From Lytechinus pictus (Eukaryota): DNA of 64,000 nucleotides. The notes under the pieces were generated by a model. It was not told the origin of the DNA. It worked only from the letters and a program-made list of their open reading frames with translations, and did no database searches. The stretch spans positions 18,106,001-18,170,000 of the forward strand of contig NC_087260.1 in assembly GCF_037042905.1 (NCBI RefSeq). Direction: 5' to 3'. Positions 58,901 through 64,000 of this stretch are shown one piece after another; position 1 is the stretch's first letter, and every line of letters starts with the position of its first letter. Both the position numbers and the translations under genes were made by a program.

Positions 58901-60297
58901 TATGAAATATATAACATTCTGATTATAACTTAATGATTAGATGAAAAATCTGCTGTCAGGCTAAAGAATTAAGACCAACGTTTTCACAAAAAATAACACT
59001 AATAACACGTTTTGAGTATCCATTTAAGCCTAATTCGTTTGTTATTCATGTTATTTAATGTGATATTGTGATACCAACCTGTTACAAACTTGACAAAAAT
59101 GTGCCTTATAGATGTAAATGTGTATCATTATGAGATTATGCTATCGGTGGGCGGTCTCGGCATGCTTATTGTTAGGTATTTCAGTACAAGTCATAGATTA
59201 AAAGTCGGGATCGAGTTTAGTCGTTACGTTTAGTGGTAAATCTTGCACAGCTTCGAATTCCATTACATCCTCAAATATACCTTCCAAAAAAGTTGGGGTT
59301 ATAGGTAGGAAAAGGCGCAGTGAAATCTCGCAAACGACGAGGCTGCAACACGACTTTTGTTATTAAAGCTACATGAAGAGAGAGTGTCCATTGAGACAGC
59401 CTCTCCATTACTTCTCCCCTGACGTGGTGGTCCACACGGTCTCGATTGTTTACAAAACAACTAGAAACGAGAGAATTACCTTCCATCTTGGTTTGTTGAG
59501 GTCCCCACTGTGTCCATTCTGTGACGTCATGGTGTTCATGAAAGGTGACCTGTTTTTGCCGCCTTGTTGCTTTGGTTGATCCTCGGTACGGACCTGAGAC
59601 GGGTCGGTACTATCGCTTTCTCCTCCGTTGTCGGGGAAGACATCGTCCGCACCACCATCGCTGGAGCTATAGATTAGGTACGACCCGCCCTCAATCGTTG
59701 AAGTCATCGAATGTTCAACAGGGAATTCGGTTGCGACTTCGATGACATCGGGGAAGTGTGCTACACTTTGCCCGTCGTTTTCTGCTGGCGGGCTCGTGTC
59801 TTGAATTGTGCCATCGCTGTTGATAGAAACACCGATGGCATCATCTGGTTCTCCTCCTTCATCTACGAGAAGAGCGCTGCTACTGCTGCTGCTACTGCTG
59901 CTGCTTCCTTGTCTCGTGCTGGTGATGGACGATGGTTTCTTAGGAGGGATTTCATCTTTATCGGGTTTCGTGTTCTGTGAGATAGCTGTTTCGTTCAAGG
60001 GCACCATGATGTGATCGGGTGCAAGCATATCTTCTTGAAACGGGTCATTGTGAGGTAGCGTAGCAGGATCGATGTACGGGATATTATGAGTCGTGTGTTG
60101 AGGTGTGACCTCTCGCAGTGGTGGCAGCGGTTGGTGAGGAACCAGCACCTCCTGCAGGTGAGGTTTATTTTCGTTGGACATCTGTGAGGGGGCGCTGTTC
60201 ATGTCCAGTCCTGGAGTGCCCGGGTTTCCAAAGGACGACGACAGATCCTCTTCAATTGAATACTCATCCCCGATCTCCGGCTCGGCATTTTTGGAAT
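55579..60297 (-). CDS. Fibrinogen-related domain (FReD) protein with long acidic Ser/Pro/Thr-rich N-terminal region; first (signal peptide) exon not located
   Basis: exons 60297-59480, 58882-58628, 58106-57974, 57503-57346 and 55926-55579 join in phase; hallmark motifs CDMTTEGGGWTVIQNR, FYRGWDDYTKGFG, FWIG, AGDAMTYHNNTQFSTRDRDHD, NCA...GFWFRGCNKANPNG. Confidence 0.93.
57346..57503 (-). CDS. FReD gene exon (FTDWDDQMGYAEY...TQFSTR)
   Basis: ttacag acceptor, AGG|gtaagc donor. Confidence 0.92.
57974..58106 (-). CDS. FReD gene exon (NGTTNFYRGWDDYTKGFG...FMIRF)
   Basis: tcgtag acceptor, G|gtaagg donor. Confidence 0.92.
58628..58882 (-). CDS. FReD gene exon (IFKELMDLK...GGGWTVIQNRQ)
   Basis: acacag acceptor, CAG|gttagt donor. 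Confidence 0.92.
59480..60297 (-). CDS. FReD gene exon, 818 nt, low-complexity acidic region (DSKNAEPEIG...DLNKPRWK)
   Basis: ctaac branch + ctccacag acceptor, AAG|gtaatt donor, within 289-aa ORF 59450-60319. Confidence 0.85.
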
Positions 60298-61064
60298 CTG
60301 TGGAGGTTAGGATGAGCAAAAATAATTGGAGACAGTCGTTAGCCTTAATGGGAAAACAAGATTATAGGAAGTTGAAGGCGTAATGATATGACAGGGTACT
60401 TTACGCATGATATCATTCAATACAGCTGACTGTTGACCTGATATGATAAACAGAATAAATTGTAGATGTTTACATCCTCCATAACTACATCTGGCTTGTC
60501 TACGTCAGACGATTTACCTACGTTAACAAAAGCAAATCATGGTGAACTTGGTGAAAAAATGCATTCAATTGCGCAGCAATTTCTATAAGCACAATAAACA
60601 GGCCCTATAATAATGTCAGTTCATATATCAATGATGAAATTAGTTGTGAAAAGCAGCAATATAAATACTAGAAAAAAACACGTCACTTTTTAATATACCA
60701 AATTTTCAACGAAATGAATTTGAGCAAATAGTTTTGCAAGAATGTTTATACATTCGTTGTCTAAATTCTGATTAATTTGCCAAGTCGTTCATGAGTAAGA
60801 ATTGCAATTTTCATGTCACCTGGGTAATTGCTTACGTAAAAATAGCACTTTGTCCTCATGGCATCAGAACTTCCTTTAATTTAAAAAATAATCTTAGAGG
60901 ATTTCATAAATTCAATACCTGGAAACTTTGAATATTTGTTGATATTAACCCCACTACATAGTAAAAAAAATCGGAACGTCAGCTAGTGGAGTTGTATGGG
61001 GTTAAAATGATAGATTGTTAACACCAATGACTCTTAATCATTCACCCAAAAAAAATCTTAAAAA

Positions 61065-61107
61065 AGTAGTAGAATTAGTAGTAGTAGTAGTAGTGGTGGT
61101 GTTGGTG

Positions 61108-61152
<45 letters not shown>

Positions 61153-61255
61153 TATAGTAGTAGTAGTAGTAGTAGCAGTAGTAGTAGTAGTAGTAGTAGC
61201 AGTAGTAGTAGTAGTAGTAGTAGTGGTAGTAGAAGTAGTAGTAGTAGTAGTAGTA
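61065..61255. repeat. (TAG)n microsatellite
   Basis: directly visible. Confidence 0.95.
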
Positions 61256-63231
61256 TAGGTCCATGGTTACAATTACACACATGTTAGTCACACTCATATC
61301 GTTTTTTTTTTATCAAACCAGTTACGCTAAAAAAATAGACAAAATCATAGAACTGTTTAAAAAAGGTTGCACTTTTTAGGCATACGTTTTCCTTTATGTT
61401 TAGGAAAAAGTTTGCCATTACCACCCCAGTGGCTGTAGGTTCACCAACACTACGCTAATCATATGAACACATTTCGAAATTGACTTTATGGAAATAATTG
61501 AACTAAAATCCCCAAAGTTGGACACCCTAATAATTTTCCATCATTTTTTTTTCACTTTGCGCCCTGGGGCTTGCTTTTGTCGGTGAGGATTTACTGGCTA
61601 CGTTCAGCAACCTTTCCGCCTTGACCTCAATGCAAAATAATAAAAGTATTCTCTGAAGCTAGCGACCGCCAACCGGGTTGTCTCGTGTTGCTAATTTGAT
61701 GTATCTATGCCATCACTTAAAATGATCATCATCGTTCGGCCATTCGACAGCTGTGGACCGCGCAACTAAATTATTTTTGTATTTCATCATGATTTCTAGA
61801 CCCTATGCTCCTGAAAGGCCACGTTCTCCCCAACATTTAATTTGAATGAAAAAAGGAAAGCCATTTTTTATGAAAATTGGAAATAAGATAACGAAGTTTT
61901 ATCATTCTAAGCTCTCTTCGATTTTATGCCATCGTTTCTCGGTATATTAAAATTTTGAAAAAAATGCCTACAATCATCATTTGAGTTCTGATACAGCTTT
62001 CAGATTGAAATAGTCATTAAATTGATACATCATAATAATTTTACGACCAGAAGTCGAAGGTAATATATATCTAAAATGTCTAAAGGATAGAAACAACAAT
62101 GTAATTCTCTTAGTAAAGCCTACAGTACAGTGACAATTTGGACTATAATCGATTCGTTCAATATTCGAACAAAAATATTCATATTTTGAGGAAACCACAA
62201 TGCGTAGGCCTATTTTTCTATTTTCATTCTATAATGTTGCCTGGACGAAGAAAAAAAAATAAAAGCACATTCAAAATTTGTCACTTCACTAACGATGTTA
62301 CAATATAATGACTCTGAATGTCTGCCAAAAGTAATAATTAGGGTACTTTCCTAATCTTTGTTGAACATACATGTACATATCAGAATAACAATACTATTTT
62401 TGCCAAGCCGGAAACAGTTTCCAGAGGCAAGCCAATATGCGTCCACCATCCACAAATAGGCGTATCTGATTCAAATGTGGTGAATTGCACGATGTACGTA
62501 ACAAGATTAATGGAAATAATGAAATGTTTTCACGCATTTGCCAATATCGATAATTGGTAATTCATTTTAGACAGGTATTTCCCATAAAATTAGTTCAAGT
62601 CATGATGTCTGCTAAAGATTTCATATCAATTTGCAAAATCAGGGTTATTGAATATGCTGAGCCGTGTATTTCTGTTGACGTAATAAATTGTCCTAATAAC
62701 GTGCCTCTAACAAATGATTTTAAGAGGAAAAACATCAAAAGAAAACCATGTAATTTGGATGTAAGAATTGAATGAATGAATTATCGTATTTTTTCTATCC
62801 TTAAAATCTCACGAAATTAATTACAAAAGCATATAGGCTCTAACATGTTTAAATTACTTCCATGAACGCAATCCAATTTGTCCTTATGACCATCCGTAGT
62901 TTCGCTGCTTCTCATTCATGATACAATATTCAATATCCATATTTCCTTATTAAATAATATGGAACCATCCCACCAGTGTCATCTCTACACATATTACAGG
63001 GAGTGATTTTTCTAATTCCCCCCCAATTGAATTCATGTTATAATATTAATGACATTTTTAACAAATCAATGCTGATTAAATACAAATAGCTCCATGTCAT
63101 AATTGTAATTGAATACCGTTAAAACGAGGATTTGTTGTCTTTAGACCTGCCTTTTCCTTTTTTTACATCGTCTTTGTTACAATATTTGAAACGACTTCAT
63201 AAGAATGATACAAATAGAAGATTGGTTCCAG

Positions 63232-63791
63232 GGCCCTGTCTTACAAAGAGTTGCGATTGATCCTATCAACCACAACTATGGATGGCCAGTAATGTCAACA
63301 TCTAAAATGCAAATTTGTTCAGAATATTTTCTAGATATGTTTATTCATACATCTTGGAGATTCAATGTGATTCCCTGGCCCGTATTCTGAAGTCGGGTTT
63401 AACTTAAACTCAGGTTTAAAGTTGTGGTTTAAGTATGGGAAGCCAAAAGTATCAAAATTTTTATTAAGTTGTACGTTTCTTATGTTTACTCTGTTCTATC
63501 CTGATTCATCGATGGTGAAGACAATCATCTATTTATACTTCCTAGATAATAATGAATGATTTAAGAGCCAAATGAGCTGAAATATGATATCTCTATGTAA
63601 GTGATTTATGAATACAATTGGCCATCCATACTTAAACCACAACTTTAAACCTGAGTTTAACTTAAACCCGACTTCAGAATACGGGCCCCTGTGTTTACTA
63701 CATATTTCTTGGAGAAAAAAAAAATGGTATGGATGGATTTCCATACGGTAGAAATTGATTGGATCAGTTGTTACTCTTTGTAAGACGGGCC
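63232..63791. mobile_element. MITE family A copy (reverse) interrupted by a family B MITE
   Basis: GGCCCTGTCTTACAAAGAG / CTCTTTGTAAGACGGGCC termini. Confidence 0.8.
63377..63687. mobile_element. MITE family B copy with CCT TSD, nested
   Basis: CCT|GGCCCGTATTCTGAAGTCGGGTTTAA ... TTAAACCCGACTTCAGAATACGGGCC|CCT. Confidence 0.88.
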
Positions 63792-64000
63792 CTGGTCTCA
63801 TTTTTGGGATTTCAGAAGCTTATGACAACTGTGCAGTACATTTCCATTGAAAAAGTCGAAAGTGGTGGGGGGCGCTGTGCTTACCGAGTAATTCCGAAAG
63901 AAGTGCCTCTAGAACTCGAACCCGCTCCTTCAAATCGTCCATCTCTTCCCTGTATTCGAAATGCTAAATAGAATAAGTCAAATACAAAGAGAGAGAGAGA

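Noticed and set aside
60380..62550. Search for the FReD signal-peptide exon
   Set aside because: No ATG-initiated hydrophobic segment ending in a phase-1 donor was found by eye; it may lie beyond the window.
1..64000. CRISPR arrays, operons, autonomous transposase or reverse-transcriptase ORFs
   Set aside because: Sequence is spliceosomal-intron eukaryotic DNA; no repeat-spacer array or such ORF is visible.

Overview
Eukaryotic, AT-rich, intron-rich animal DNA; an invertebrate deuterostome, probably a sea urchin, is inferred from repeat style and abundant TACATGTA but not proven. It holds two convergent genes. (1) + strand: the 3' part of a DOCK-D/Zizimin (DOCK9/10/11-type) Cdc42 GEF, with 21 phase-consistent core exons from 1243 to the TGA at 45792, including the DHR2 domain with its SVQVNAGP nucleotide-sensor loop. 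(2) - strand: a fibrinogen-related-domain (FReD) gene with 5 exons from 60297 to 55579; its first exon was not located. The main observation is in the 20.7-kb phase-1 DOCK intron (2479-23157). It contains at least 6-7 open, frame-preserving phase-1/phase-1 candidate cassette exons. Three look like diverged duplicates carrying a [FY]xR...NR[RL]SW motif, and five share atypical A-less AG|GTKNGT donors. Further candidates are a 24-nt UGC-type microexon, a His-rich 150-nt exon readable in two frames, a duplicated decoy acceptor and a possible internal promoter. Introns and the intergenic region carry many MITEs, SINEs (some nested), a ~690-bp foldback and trinucleotide tracts. All alternative exons are predicted from sequence only.
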